In this document: positions 45,033 through 58,794 of the stretch, piece after piece
How positions within the stretch are numbered: position 1 is the first letter of the stretch
Layout of the letters: each line of letters starts with the position of its first letter
Assembly: GCA_009103225.1 (NCBI GenBank)
Contig: RHPI01000140.1
Location: 62,001 to 126,000, forward strand
Origin: Chlorokybus atmophyticus
Taxonomy: Eukaryota; Plantae; Mesostigma and Chlorokybus algae
DNA length: 64,000 nucleotides
Reading direction: 5' to 3'
The notes under the pieces: model-generated
What the model was told of the DNA's origin: nothing
The model's database searches: none
Seen by the model: the letters and a program-made list of their open reading frames with translations, nothing else
Position numbers and translations under genes: made by a program

Positions 45033-46570
45033 GGCCTGAAGCTATACACCCAAGCCAAGTGCTGCTATGTGCAGTGCAGTGAGCTGACGGTAGTGGGTGG
45101 TTGGCGGGGTTGCTGAGGTGATGTGTGACCGATCTGTGGACCACAAAGTAGAGGCAGAGGGAGGCAGTCAGTTGCTTGCTGTAGGAAGGGTGGTGGTGGT
45201 AAGGACGGTGCAGAGCAGTGCGGTGTTGTGAGGTGGTGTGGATGTGTGTGCTATGTCCCCGCTCCCCACGCCCACACTTCCTTCCCGCCAGCTTTCGTGA
45301 CCGCAGCGTGTGTGGCGGCCGTACGTGCTGGTGCTGCGGGTCTGTCTCCTCAACAGTGTAAGACCTGTCAACTACACGGCGCGCAGGCCCCAAACACGCC
45401 CACAGCCGAGGCACAGGCCATTCGGCAGTGTGCGATGATCGCCAACGGTCAGCTCCAATGGTCAGTCAAGCACAATCGGACCAAAGGACCAGACCTCGCA
45501 TGCATGCATACTCGTGGCCTTGTATACAAGCACTGGAGGGTCGACAACGCAATGATGCACACACAGCCCCAGATATCTCACTTGGCATGGAGCCGGCGTC
45601 TGTGTGTGGCAAGGTGGTAAATGTGGTGGTGCTATCGAGCCAAGCACTTCAGGTGACATTGCCATACACCGAACGCACCAATACACATGTGCACGTACGC
45701 GCACGCGCACACGCATAACTGCACACACGTCCAGCTGCACAGACAATGCATGCACGCATGGACACTGATACTGACTACGAATCCTGACTGCACGCATAGA
45801 TGCACGCAGACCATGCATGCACCATGCTTAATACATATGATAGGGCTTTTGCTTGCGCCAGCGTGCCACGATGCATGCTCTGATCACTGCCGCGCCTATC
45901 TTGTACACCATGTAAATTAGTAGATTAAGAAAGAATGGAATGGAGTTGACCACTGTCTGATAGTGATCATACATGTGCTCCACACATACACACATAATCG
46001 CAACCACAGCAGTTTACCAACACGCGTAGCCGTTGACTCCCACGCCCATCTACATCCTGGAACACATGTGCGGTGATAGAGAGTTAATCAGATGTATCGG
46101 GAGTGCCTCCGAAGTAGGAGGCCATACTGTTCGGCGGAAGCATTGAATGCGCTACTTGCAGCCTCCTCTGCACAGCAAATGTACACAGGGTTTAATACAC
46201 AATATGCAATGCGCAAAAATGTTGCGACAACATGCTCCGCACTGCACCAACCAAGTTGTCACTATGTTGCACGCAGTGTAATAACACCCCTCACAGCACC
46301 AGTGACTGCTATGGGCTTTGAATTTTGAAAAACATGTGTGAGTTCATTGCTGCGAGAAGCAAGCAATGCATTTGTGTGTTCCTCAGGGGTTGTTGCGTCC
46401 AACACAAGCTTACAATGATGAAACAGGTCCCTACCTACCAACCCATCAGCATCGTGCAGTCCAACTGTGCATGCTTGCAAGCGTTTGGGCGACTTGCCAA
46501 ACATGTAGCTGTACTGGTTTGTAAGGGGGTATACAGCAACAAAACTGTACAACATGCTGTTGCGCCAACA

Positions 46571-49500
46571 TCAGTATCGGTCTGTAACAACTGCGGCTGC
46601 AACAAAACTGCGTCCGGAAGAGGCGTTAGCTGGGAGATCAACATAGCTCCATTCGTTCTTTGTTATGGTGTACTTCTCGGCTGTCGCCGTGTTCATTTGA
46701 CCACAAATGCCCCCCAGTACATAGATGTCATGGTTGATGACGCCAACAGCACAGTAGGCACGAGGTAGCAGAGCAGGCGCCAGAGGGTACCACGAGTCCA
46801 TGCGAAGGTCATACACCTGAGGAGGTTCAAGGTGACGTCACCTGCTGTTCTTGACCAATGACATGCAGTCAGTTGAGAAGGCTGCAGAATTTCACCTCGA
46901 CTGTGTTGAGAATTGACCCGTTGAAGCCGCCAACAGCATAGAGGTAGTTTCCAACAGCGGCCACTGCAGCAGTGCCGCGCGCTTCCAACATGTCACGAAC
47001 AGGCGTCCAGCTGCCCTCTCGCGGGTCTGAACAGCATTGCATGGTAACAACTTGTATGCATTCACATTGTGGTACAGTACAACATGGACCATGCACATAT
47101 GCATGCGACACTAGCACTTGCTGATGGCATTAGTAATGATAGTAATGGTCTCAAGTGGCAAGCAGAGTACACACCAAAGCGCTCCATGGACTTCAGGTAG
47201 TTGGTGCCCTCAAATCCTCCAACGGCGTAGATGCAATGATCGACCGTTGCAGCGGAGACACAGTAGCGACGTTCACTCAGGCTCTTGGCCAGCATCCATT
47301 CCCCGCGTTCAGGATCAAAGAGCTCAACCACACTCAACTGTTGCGTGGCATTGCCGCCCCCAAGCGCGTATACTCGCCCATCTAGGTCTGCTGCTGCTGC
47401 CAAGGACCCACGTGGTACACTCAATGAAGGCAGCGTCGACCAGCTGTTCGCGTGAGTGTCATATCGCTCAACCGAGCGGAACACCGCACCTCCGTTACCA
47501 CCACCACACACGCCACCACACACGTACACGTGTTGCTTGACTGCAACAGCACCGCAGTACCCACGCCCTGCAGCCATAGGTGCCCGATCCTCCCATTCGC
47601 CTGTGGCAGGTGAGAATCGTGCTGCGCTTGAGTACCATGTGCGTTGCGGTGAGAAACCGCCGATTATGTACATATCTTGACGAGGTGGCTGAGACGCAAT
47701 AGTAGGCAGGGACACATTGGTGCTTGGCATGAAGGACAGTGCCGGAGGAATGCCTCGCAGAAGTGCCACTTCACTGCGAAGTGCAGCAAGCTCAGCGTTG
47801 GTGCGCGCTTGCGCGGCCCGCAAAGCAGCAACTTCGGCCTGCAGAGCATGCAGCTCGCTGCCCTCTCGGGAATGCGCCGCCCGGATGGTCTCTTCCCGAA
47901 ACTGCGCTATGCCAGCGGCGCACATTTGCAGGTGTCTTTGCAGGCACGCACTAGACGCCATGGCATCCATCTGTACGCTATCGCGCTCACGCTGCAGCAT
48001 GACCTGCTCCGCCGCAGCATGACCTGCTCCGCCGCAGCCCGCTGCATCAGCACCTGCGTCTCCGACAAGCTTGCTTTCTTTTGCAAGGGCTGAGCAACAC
48101 CTAGCGCAGCTGACTCGGTTGGTGTCGAGTCTGTCACCTCTGCTGATGACAGTGGCTTCGACACGCTTGTGGCGCTGTCATCTGCTGGTGCATCACCAGG
48201 AGTTGGTAACCTTGCATCTGTAGAGGAAGCACTTGCCAATGTGGCAGCAGCAAATGCGTTGCCAGTCACGACGGGAGCCGGCAGATATGGCGCAGGCTTG
48301 TAGGTGTTGGCTGTTGGTTGCTCTGATGTTGAAGCAGCAGACGCGCTGCCAGTCATGGGAGCCGGCCCAGGTTTGTGTGTGTCGGCTGTTGATTGCTGTG
48401 TATCTACATCTCTCATGCTGTGTGCTGAATCTGTGGCTGCAGGTGCCAATGGAGGGGATGAAGAGGGCCTGAGTGCTGTTGATATGCTGTTGGTGGCAAC
48501 CGGTGCTGACGGTGAGTCCTTCTGTGCGTGTGCTGATGGGGGCCTGACATCGAGACCACTTGATGTGGGCCTGCAACACAACAACCAAAACTGAATGTTA
48601 ACCGACGCTGACATACCAATCCCTTTGTGCTACCACACATGGAATGCTCACCTGTGCCTTTCAGCCTCCATGCGCGATGTTGTCGAAGCGACCTCATCAC
48701 TATCCAACCTGCACCCAGATCAAGCAATGCAGATTATACTAAATGCCAAGCCACAGTCACACGCACTGAAGCTGTTTGCATTGTTTGGCCGGCTTGCCTG
48801 TGTGCATAGTCTGCAGGAGGTGTGGCGGGTGTACTGCTTGAGCTTGGCTTATCTGATGCAGGGTTACTGTTGCGCACGCCTTTTGCTATGGGAGGTGTTT
48901 GTGGCTTGGAGTTGCTTGCTGAATGCTCAGCCACTTGTGAATAGGGAGGACTAGCAAGCGGTGAATAGCCATTTGCGCTATCAGTGCTTGGTTCTGCTTG
49001 CGCCCTTTTCTGCAAACATGCACAACATGAGAGTGCGCCAACCAAATGCAGTTGTAGTACATGTGACACGTAGTAGTAGTACATGTAACATGGTTGTAGT
49101 AGTAATACAAGTGTTAAGCGTAAGACGGGGCTGTTGACCGAAACATTGCTTACCACCCATGCATTGACAGGTTTTGGTGTGGCTGGCTTGACGGATCCAT
49201 TTTCAATGGCTGCAGAAGCAAGCGCAGGAGCTGGAGCTGAAGGCGCTGACTTTGGAGCGGGCAGAGCTGCAGACGGCGTCCCCATGCGTGCAGACTGTGG
49301 CATCCGCTTACGGAAAGCCTCGTGGAGCCATTCAACCTGCTGGGCATCAAGCTCAAACATGAAGTGCTTGTCTGTGTAGTAGTTGTCGATGATGAAATGC
49401 TGAAACTCCTCTTCTGTCAGCGGTGGGGGTTCAGCGATCCGCTTCACTTCAACCTGTGCTTGCACCGTTGAGCTCAAAGCCAACATGAAAAACTGCAGAA

Positions 49501-49886
49501 CACAGCTTAGCATGTGTGTTGTTGCATTACACTTCTGAACGAACCTGCGCCGGGTAAGATGTCGGCGTGCTCCTACCACCAGTCCAGCCATAAGGGTTGA
49601 TGTTGGTGTTGCCCTCCGTGACAGCCTGGAAGACGCCGTGCAGCTTGCGGTCGGAGTAGTTGAAGAGGAAAATGGGCATACCGGGTTCAATCCACTGCAC
49701 ATACTGGATGTGGATCTGCGGCAGGCCGAAGATGCGGCCGATGAGACATTCGCGCATTGTGTCTTTAGTGCAACCAAATATCACGCCCGCCAAATTCTCC
49801 TGCCCGAGATTGCGGAACTGCACATGCACCCTCCTCTGTAACGTGTCACCATAGGTGACGGTCTGCGTCTTGCGGCCCGCGCCCAT
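46571..49886 (-). CDS. DCD domain + coiled coil + Kelch-repeat protein
   Basis: DCD: LAGVIFGCTKDTMRECL...FGLP...PGMPIFLFNYSDRKLHGVF...YPAQVR. Six Kelch repeats (MYIIGG, VYVCGG, VYALGG, IYAVGG, LYAVGG, IYVLGG). A 20-nt duplication near 48000 disturbs the frame (see findings). Confidence 0.92.
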
Positions 49887-50726
49887 GGTTCAAGCAGCTC
49901 ACAAGCCTTCACACCAACTCTTCTGCAATGCACTCAAGATAGATCAGCCACAACACAGGACAGTCTACACACTTTTTTGCTGCCATGGTTGGCAGATGGG
50001 TTGACTACAATAACAGTAACAGCATTGCAGCTGTGCACTGGCGGAATGGTTGTACCAGCTGGCATGCATGCCCAGTGGATTAGCAACCAGCAAGCATTTG
50101 GTCTGAGAGGTTCAGTCAGCTGTGGTTCGTGCACAGCAAATCAGAAAATCTGCATGGCACTAACAGTGTTGACAAAACAACGCGTTTGCATGTCACTAAC
50201 ACTGTCAACATCAGAATGCGTTTGCTTCACTCGCTTGCTATTACTTCGGCAGCACTGCATTGCTCTTGCAATCGCTCACCACCAACAAGCTGACAGTGAC
50301 AAGAGTTCGGCAAGCTCCCTTCACGATAGGCGTAAGTGCGTAATCGTACATCGCAGCGAAGTAGCTGGACCAGCACAGCAACTCTCCGCCAAGCAGTAAC
50401 GCTGGCCTGGAAAGCGCCGCCCAGCAACCATGAACATGCAAAGGCCAATCACAACAGGCGCGCCATTGCCAGTGGCAGCAACTTAAGGCTGAGCAGCATC
50501 CCTTCAAGCATTCCTTGCAGCACCGCTGGAGCAATCGACTAACGCAACAGCAATCCCGACAACGCCCACACCGCCGCCGCCGCCGTCGCCACCTACGCCT
50601 TCTTCTTCTTGGCGGGAAATCTCTGACTCTAAGCTAGCACCCTCGATATCAGTCTCATGTCAACGACTTACTGGCGCAGTTGGATATGCACGGCTGCTAG
50701 ATATCAGCAAAATTCTCAAGATCTAG

Positions 50727-50740
50727 CCCTAACCCTAAAC
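50727..50740. promoter_or_regulatory. Telomere-like repeats (CCCTAACCCTAAAC) upstream of COX5B
   Basis: Telo-box-like sequence ~90 bp upstream of the ATG. Confidence 0.35.
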
Positions 50741-50825
50741 GGACATTTGCAGCTGGCATAGTGTGCCAAGGTGTGTGGGGTTGGCAGCGGCGGCGGCGGT
50801 GGGGCCGGCGGGGTGGGGGGCGCCC

Positions 50826-52099
50826 ATGGCGACCGGCGCTTTGAGGCGCGTGCTGAGGAGCTGTGCGTCCGTGGGTTTGAGGGGAGTGTCGTCGTCTTCG
50901 GCTTCGTCTTCCCGCGCCGTCTACTCATGCACGCCAGCTGACCTGATCGCGCCCCCTCTGCGCCGGTTGGAGGCCTCAAGCCCCTGGCGCCCCGTATTTG
51001 CTTCGTATGCAACCGCAGTCAAAGGTCAGTTGTAAGTGATGACTTATATATCACTTCAGCACCTTTGCCCATGTAGCTGGGCACAGCTGTTGCCTTGGAA
51101 TAGAAATGAAGTTGCATTGGTTAACGGTGCCGTGAGGGAACTACCAGCATCCATTGCATGTTAAAATGATTGGTTTACGTTTATTAAAGTGACGATTGCT
51201 GATAGGTTGGTATACAACCATTAGGTATCGTGCTCTCTACCACCGGGGCACTGACCGCTTGTCATTGCCTTAGAGCAACTAGAAAGATACGCACTTTGGC
51301 ACTTGCACTTGACGAAAAAGGGACTTTTGATCTGCAGAAGTGTCGCTGACTCCGGAGCAACAGAAGCGGCTTACAGAAGAGTATGAGCATGTGACGGGTC
51401 TGGAAAGAGAGGAGGTTGAAGCTGAGCTTGCGGTGCGTTTCTTCGGTAGCTGCCTTGTTGACCTGCAGTGCATTTTACACAACAAGTACGCTGTATATAT
51501 GTCCACCACACCTTATCAACTTTGTTGGCAGGGCAAAAACCGATTTGATTCAGAGGTTCCCCTGCGTGGACCCTTTGGAACAAGGGTAGGTTGCTGTTAA
51601 ATGCGCGTACAAGCATGTAATGCTGTGCATGCTTCTAACTAATAATTGTGCAACAGGAAGCCCCATTTGTAGTGGAGTCAGAGTTTGATGAACGGACAAT
51701 TGGCTGCTCCGGAGGAGCTGGAGGTAAACTTATTCTTGTGGTTGTGGCCATGATATGCATATCGAAGTGCTGATGTTGGGGGGGCATTCGCAGAGGAAGA
51801 GCATGACGTGATATGGTTTAAGCTTCCCAAGGACACCCTATTTGAATGCCCCCTATGCGGACAGGCTTTTAAGGTAAAGTATGCGTTCCGCAAGGGCTCT
51901 CGTGCCTGACCTGCAGTGGATGGCAGCCAACTGTTGTTGTCCTCGCGTGGAATATCTGTTGGGTGTGGCCCTGATAGCAGCATAGATGTGACATATAGAA
52001 CGCGCATTAGGAGCGTGGTACCTATGTCTTACTTTGTTGCATGCTCTCTCGCAGCTGAAAGTTGTTGGCGAGGGAGGCTCTCCTGGCGGACACCATTAG
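50826..52099 (+). CDS. COX5B: Cytochrome c oxidase subunit Vb
   Basis: Arg/Ser-rich presequence; HVTGLEREE, GPFGTR|EAPFVVESEFDERTIGCSGG, EHDVIWF, FECPLCGQAFK|LKVVGEGGSPGGHH*. Confidence 0.95.
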
Positions 52100-53233
52100 C
52101 AATATCATGCGACAAGGACAGGCTCAGGCCTGTTGATCTACTCCCCGTCAGACATGTACCACATTGTAGAGTTGAGTTGTGCTGGTATTAGCAGACAGAT
52201 GTGTTCTCGCTTTGTGGCTGGAATGCACTCTAGCCGTTTCCGCCAGTACAGCATGAAGTCAGCAACGGTATCAGCTGCTTGCGGTGTGCTTACTAATGCA
52301 GAGAGCTGTTCCTGCTCCCTGGCCAGGCGCTGCTCAAGATCATACTATTACTGTATAGTATAGTATGCAAGCATTGTGGCATGCATGAGATTGTAGCAAA
52401 CATGCATGCAGTCCGCACACTACACCATCGCACTCTTATATCCACCACCGGGATGTTCAAGTCCACTACTTATCTACCTTTACTACTGCCCATACCCCGT
52501 GCAACACACGGCCATGCCGCAGGTGACTGAGCATGTATGCATGCTTGCATGGCTATCGGGGTGTTAGCAGTAGTAGGTAGAGTAGGTAGAGTAGCCCGGT
52601 GGTGAACCACGTGGTAGTGTGAAATGTGAGTGGTATGATTTGGGGATGGTGATGGTCGCTGTGCATGAGCATATGCCACGCGCATTGTATGTACATGCAT
52701 GCACGTGTAATTACCTGTACAACACAACTGTGTTCATCATAGTGCAACATTGTTATTGGTTGAGCAAATGCTCTCTTCTGCACGGCTAGGCATCGTACTG
52801 TATGCTGGAATGGTTCTTGCTCAATAGCCCCAGAAGTTCAGTTATGCTATGCACCATTAGCTTGCGCACTGCACTAGTGCTTGATCAAGCACTAGTAATT
52901 CACAAGCCACCATTTTGCACGCTGCTGGTATTGAGGCATGCAGCTGGCATGCATGCTTTGATCAGCTACACTGCACAGGCAGCTGTTGAAGCAGGCTCCA
53001 GCGCTGCATAGCGCTTTGGGATTGCTTGATCTTGACTGTGCGTGTACATGCAAACCCGTCATATGCCCAGAGCCGCTGCAAGGTTTGCAGCTCACCACTG
53101 CTACATCTCACACACACACTTCATACATGACCGATTGGGTGTTACTACTGTGATGTCATAAATGCATGTTGCGATACACCAACTTGTGCATTGCGCAAAG
53201 CATGACAACATACCGACTGTCCAAACCTTGCAA

Positions 53234-54950
53234 TCAATACATAATTACACGCGTCTGCTTGTCAACTGTCAAGCCTTGCAGATGCCTATGGTAGAAGTCC
53301 CAAAAGTCGGAGCGTACCTCTGGATAGTCCAAGAAGACAAACTGCTTTGCATCAACGTGCATGTCGAGAATGACAAACTTGAGTTTGCCAAAGCTCAGAG
53401 CGCTGGTATCCGCCAGCTTGGCCAGGCGATTGGGAGTGCCAACGCCTATGCAGACACTTTGCTTCAGCAACTCCACCTGCTCCTCTACTTTGAGGTGCTT
53501 TGCGAAGAGTTTCACCACTTTGCACGCGCGCGCCATGTCGCCCAGCCCTCGTATGATGTCCACGCAGCGCTTCGCTGAGCCGGACACGATCAACATTGCT
53601 GGGCTGCCAACATGACCCTGCAACACCTTCTCCCATTTAGGACACAATTTCTTTAGGTGGCTTGCGAGCTTGTCCAGCGCGTGTGGACTTCCATCATCGT
53701 TGACCCGTATGAAGCATGCGGCTGCAAGCAAGTTGTTTGAGTAAGCAAGTGTGCTTAGTATTGAGTATGTGTGCGAAGCTGTGAAGAAGTTGCTGAATGT
53801 GCAAATGACACCTTCCAGCTGTTGGTGCTCAAGTACGGAAAGCTTTGGCCCCATGTGTGCGGCAAAGCGTGCATTGAACCAGCTGGCCTGCTCTTCAGCA
53901 CTGCAGCTTGCAATTGCGCCGCTCAATAGCCTCTCATTTATGCCATCGTCTGCAGCCTTAACCTACAAAATGACAAAATACTTAGTAAGCACCAGAGTGC
54001 ACACGCACGCTAGCACGCACGCAAGTAAGCACGCAGACATATGCATGCGCATACACGCTTACCTTCTTGCGCTTGCGCTTCTTCTGGCCAGCAGCAGCTT
54101 GTTCGCCAACTGCAGCACCGGTGTCCTCTTCGTCACTCTGCCCGCTGATATCGGCATTGTTCGCATCATAATCACCCATGCGCGGGAGCTCAAAATTGTC
54201 CTCAGCCTCACCACCTATCTGCGTCAATGCAGACTGCTTCGGACTCTTCTTTGCATGCTTTGCACTCTGCGTCTTCTGGCGTTTGGGCTGTGGTTCTTTG
54301 CTGGAATTGACTATTTGCCGCTCAGGCGAAGGAGAAAACTCTGCGTACATGATGAGCTCATCATTGGCATATGCTGCGAACGCCAACACAACCTTACGGT
54401 ATGCTCTCAAATGCAGTTGCAGAAGAGTTTATTTTCTTGGCATGTGCAGCAAAGAGCGCAAGCATGCATATGTACATGCCAAGAGAAAAAGCAACATGAC
54501 CATTCATCATTAGCCAGTCACGCTTGTCATAGCAAAGCAACCAACAGCGGGCCTGCCTGCATGTAGAGTAAATTAAGAAAATATCGAGAAGAACAAGAAC
54601 AGAAGTTGTATAACAGGAAGCACTGAGAATACCAAAAACAACCACCACAACACCATGCTCATTGAGCATTGCTCAACCACAATATCAAGTGATCGCACTT
54701 ATGTCCAACTACATCAGTATGCCTGACCTTCGCTCTTCGCTTTCAAAGCTCCTGCAGCCCTCCCACGCCCCCTCCCAAAGCCCCCTCGCCCTGCCGCTTT
54801 GCCTCCCCTTGCATGCCTCCCCCTCCCCAACCCCTTCCCTCCTGCCCCACCTCCTGCGCGTCCCCCTCGCCCTCCTCGCCGCCCGCCCCGCCCGCCTCCA
54901 CGTCCACCTCCTCGTCCACCTCCACGTCCACCTCCACGCCCCTCTCCCAT
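53234..54950 (-). CDS. CMSS1: Cms1/CMSS1 (90S pre-ribosome factor) with an N-terminal RGG/GAR segment
   Basis: GSPAMLIVSGSAKRCVDIIR, KLFAKHLKVEEQVELLK, IGVGTPNRL, LDMHVDAKQF. The upstream RGG exon joins in phase 1 (KAKSEA|YANDEL...). Confidence 0.85.
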
Positions 54951-56020
54951 CTCCTCCTCCTCCTCCTCCTCCGCCGCCACCACCACCGCCGCCTCAGTGC
55001 CAAATACAATTTGCGACAATCTCCTTGAAGCCGGCCGCCTCGTTATCAAGGTGAAGCAAACAGATATCGCTTCCCTTAGTTGCCACGCGTCGCGTTCTCA
55101 GAGCTTTTCTGCTTGAACTGAGGTTGATATATTCACTGGGGTGCCAATTTGCACTGCCAAAGCGTTGCGATGCGCAACTTATTGTTGTAGTTGCTGTCGC
55201 CGTCGTTGTCGCTGGCAGAGGGGGCTTTGGCGTTCGGTCGGATGCGTGGCGTAGAAAAGCTAGCCTGATCGCTAAACGTAAAGGCGGGGATGTCGTCCAT
55301 CTTCGGGAGCGGGTTCAAGGAGATAAAATGGTGAGTGCTTACAGTTGGTTACAGCTCGAGGCTGCTACTGTTGCTTGCTGCTCTGCTTAAGCTTGGCAAT
55401 CACATGCGACCTTTTGTCCAGTTGTTGCTCTGCAGCATATGCTTGCACTTTAGCTAGTTGGCGTGACTCGCAATTGTCGTGTCACAGCGTGCCAGCCTGC
55501 TTGCTTGCTCCTAAGGCAAGCTGTTGGCTGCCTCAACAGTCACCAACACCTAGCCTAGTAACCGCATGTAGTCCAACTGTTGTAAGGTTTGTTTTTTGAC
55601 GCATGTGTATAGCCACATTGGGCGTACGTATGTGCACGGCGTGGTGAAGCTTGATACGCTTGCTGCCGTCGTGGCTGAGTTGGTAGCTTGTGTGTGCAAC
55701 GTTGTGTGGGGTGGGGAGTCTTTCATCCCCGAATTAGAAATAGTAGAAATTTGTCAACTCTGCCGCTGCCGGCATGCCAGCATGCGTATAACACGCTGCT
55801 CGATTCAAACGCATGGGTCTCAATCTGGGCCGTCGGATTGCCGATCCGACGGTCAATATTGTGCGGGGTGCGCAAGTTGGCCGCTGTTAGGGATTACAGC
55901 TCAAGATAGGATGAGTACATGTCTGAGTCGAGAGAAAGACTACTTATTGCGAATTGGGTTGAAATGCATTGTCCCTGCTGTATCTTACCTTTGTGCAGTG
56001 GGACACTATGTGTTAGTCAG

Positions 56021-58794
56021 ATGCTGGGTGGTCACAATAAAGTATCTTCACTGTGTCTCAGCCGTACGCATGCATGTTTTAAGCGAGGTGACGTTTGTTG
56101 TCTTGCACAATGTGCCTCACTCAGTGAATGCAAACCACGCAGCAAAACGGCACTGAAGATGTGTCTTGGGCGCATTAAGCTGCTGCGCAACAAGAAGGAG
56201 ATCGGGCTGCGGGGCTTGAAGCGCGAGATAGCAGAGCTGTTGCGTGCCGGCAAGGAGGACTCTGCTCGCATTCGGGTACATACCTTCATAGATGGTTTGG
56301 TTATGTGTTCATTTGTACAGACCAGGCGCGTTTGCGTGCATGCATGCGTGCGTGCGTGCGTGCGTGCGTGCGTGTGCATGTTCTTTTCCTTGTGCTTCAC
56401 TGTCAACAGAATAGTAGTTACTTGGTCTCTGAGCTATGCATGTTCAGGTGGAGGCCGTAATTCGCGAGCAGGCGACCATGCAAGCGTATGACGTACTTGA
56501 ACTCTTCTGTGAGCTTCTGAGCGTCCGCCTCCCCATCCTTGCACGCTCAAAGTAAGTGTGTTGCCTCGCGACTGACATTATGGTCACTGGTAGCACTGAG
56601 ACGCAGCTTCGAGGCACATTCAAGGCACGCTTTGCTACGTGGGTCTTGCCTGATAATGTGCACTGTGGGTCTCACATGGAGTGTCACGCTCCATGCTCCA
56701 TGGCTAGATGAACAAAAAGTTGCCATGCGGCTTAAGTAGTATTGTCACTGTCGAACACTGATGCATTAGCATGACTCGCCTGATGGTTGAACTTGTATGG
56801 CTCCAGCAAACAGCCATTTACATTGCACTGCACTTGCAGGGAGTGTCCACCCGATCTTCAGGAGGCGGTTGCGAGCATCATCTACGCAGCTCCTCGCTGC
56901 GCTGACCTTCCAGGTGCGGCCCTTTCTTCCAACTTTGACAATCGAAACAACAAGTGAATATTGTAAGCGTTTGCAATGAGCAACCACAGTGTCCTGACCT
57001 GGCGCTCATGCAGAGCTCACTACCTCCCGAAGTCAGTTTGGACACAAGTTTGGGAAAGAGTTTGTTGCTGCCGCGCAGGAGCTGCGTCCTGGCTGCGCTG
57101 TCAACCGCGTGGTAAGCAAGCAAAGGTCCACATAAACACATGAACCTTTGCAAGTCCTGGACAGAATGAAGTGGTGTAACATGCATGCCTGGTCTGTGCA
57201 GATTTTGGAGCAGCTGGCCATACGTGCGCCCGCGCCAGAGGTGAAGCTGGCGGTGCTGAAGGACATCGCAGACAGCAATGGCATCGAATGGGACTTCACT
57301 GCCACCGCGTACGCGCTGAAAGCGCAGCCGTCAGATCTTTTGGTGAGTGTGGTCTCGACGTGTGAGAAGCAACATCTTGTATGTCAAGAGTGAGTTGTGA
57401 GGTGGTTGTTAATCTTGCTGAGTGCTGTTTTGCCGTAGGATTCACGTCACTACTCTCAGCAACCGCAATACACACCAGGCCAGGTATGGTCCATGTGCGT
57501 GCATGCGCGTGCGTTTGTGCATGGTGTTGCTCACTCTTATGTGGTGATGCATGCCAGACGTTACCACCAGCCGTCCCGCCTCCGCCCGCTTCATTCCTTG
57601 ACGACCTCGGCACGCCCCCCGGGGGGTCGCCCATGGCACCCTCTCCGGTCTCAGGCACAGGATCCACGCCGTTTAGACCTGCTGCACCACCTGCACAGGT
57701 ACACATGCGCATACATGCGCACATCCACATGTGCGTGCGCGCACGTACACATGCGCGCACACACGCACACACATGCGCGTGCTCGACCACTGTAGCATTA
57801 TGACTCCTCTCTCCTGTTTGGCAGTCACGCAACTCATTTACATCTGCGCCGCCGTCTTCCAGCGGCACAGTCAAAGCCACGCAAGGCACGCAGACTGCGT
57901 CTTTTGAAGGTGACTACGCTAAAGTCATGTCTTTCATGTTGAAGTGTGGTGTCTGATTGCTGTCTGATTGTGTCTGATTGCACAACTCCCACGCAGACCA
58001 ATACTCGGACGTGCACGCTGCAGCAAGAGCAGCAGCGGCTTCAGCAAACAGAGCTGCATTGGCTGCAGCCGCTGCTGCTGCGTTGGCTGGACGGCCATCA
58101 GACGGCTATCCTGATGACGGTAATGAGTGCAGCGTATTCTTGTGTTGTTGAAGAGTATGCGTGTATTTGTATTAGATGCTTGATGTGTGTGTTCTCTCTC
58201 TCATGCAGACCCCAACACGCCGCCAAGCTACCACCACTCGACAGCTGCCGAGCCGCCACCCGATAAGTGGTCGCAGCAAGACGAGGACATGTACAACGCA
58301 TTCATGAAAGGACAGGTAACACAGGAGCAATCAGCCGATCAATTCAATCTCAACCTGCAGCGTAGCAAACACAACGGCAATGCGTGAACCCACATCTGTA
58401 CACAGACGCGCGCATGCACATCATTCGCTTGTCAACACCCAACATGCCTGCGTGCATTAAAACGATGCTCCAACCTGCAATCAGAACACCTGCAACATAA
58501 TAAATGTCACTCTTTTAGGGTGGTGGCGCTCCTAACAATCTGGACACCAGAATGGGTTCCTCGCAAATGGGACCTTCGGCCCCATCATCAGGGCCCAATG
58601 AGGTTCCTTCCCCAACTGACCCCGCCTCCCCGGGACTCCACCTGCCCTCTCCTCCCTCAGCTGGTGCAGTTGACAACAATACCATCAACAACAGTAGGAC
58701 TCCTCCTGCTGCAGGGCCACCACCTGCGGATGATGATCTGCCGGACTTTGACCAGCTTGCCAAGCGCTTTGAGGCGCTGAAACAGAAACGATGA
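56021..58794 (+). CDS. IST1: IST1 (regulator of Vps4, ESCRT-III associated); 5' end uncertain
   Basis: KTALKMCLGRIKLLRNKK, EIAELLRAGKEDSARIR|VEAVIREQ, AVASIIYAAPRCADLP, LFGHKFGKEF, C-terminal MIM-like DFDQLAKRFEALKQKR*. Confidence 0.92.

Noticed and set aside
44894-46555. Scattered short ORFs and possible exons between the right arm and DCD-Kelch
   Set aside because: No consistent spliced frame or motif could be assembled.
52892-53098. CKPCSGSG DnaJ-type zinc motif
   Set aside because: A single repeat in the probable CMS1 3' UTR; no partner motif.
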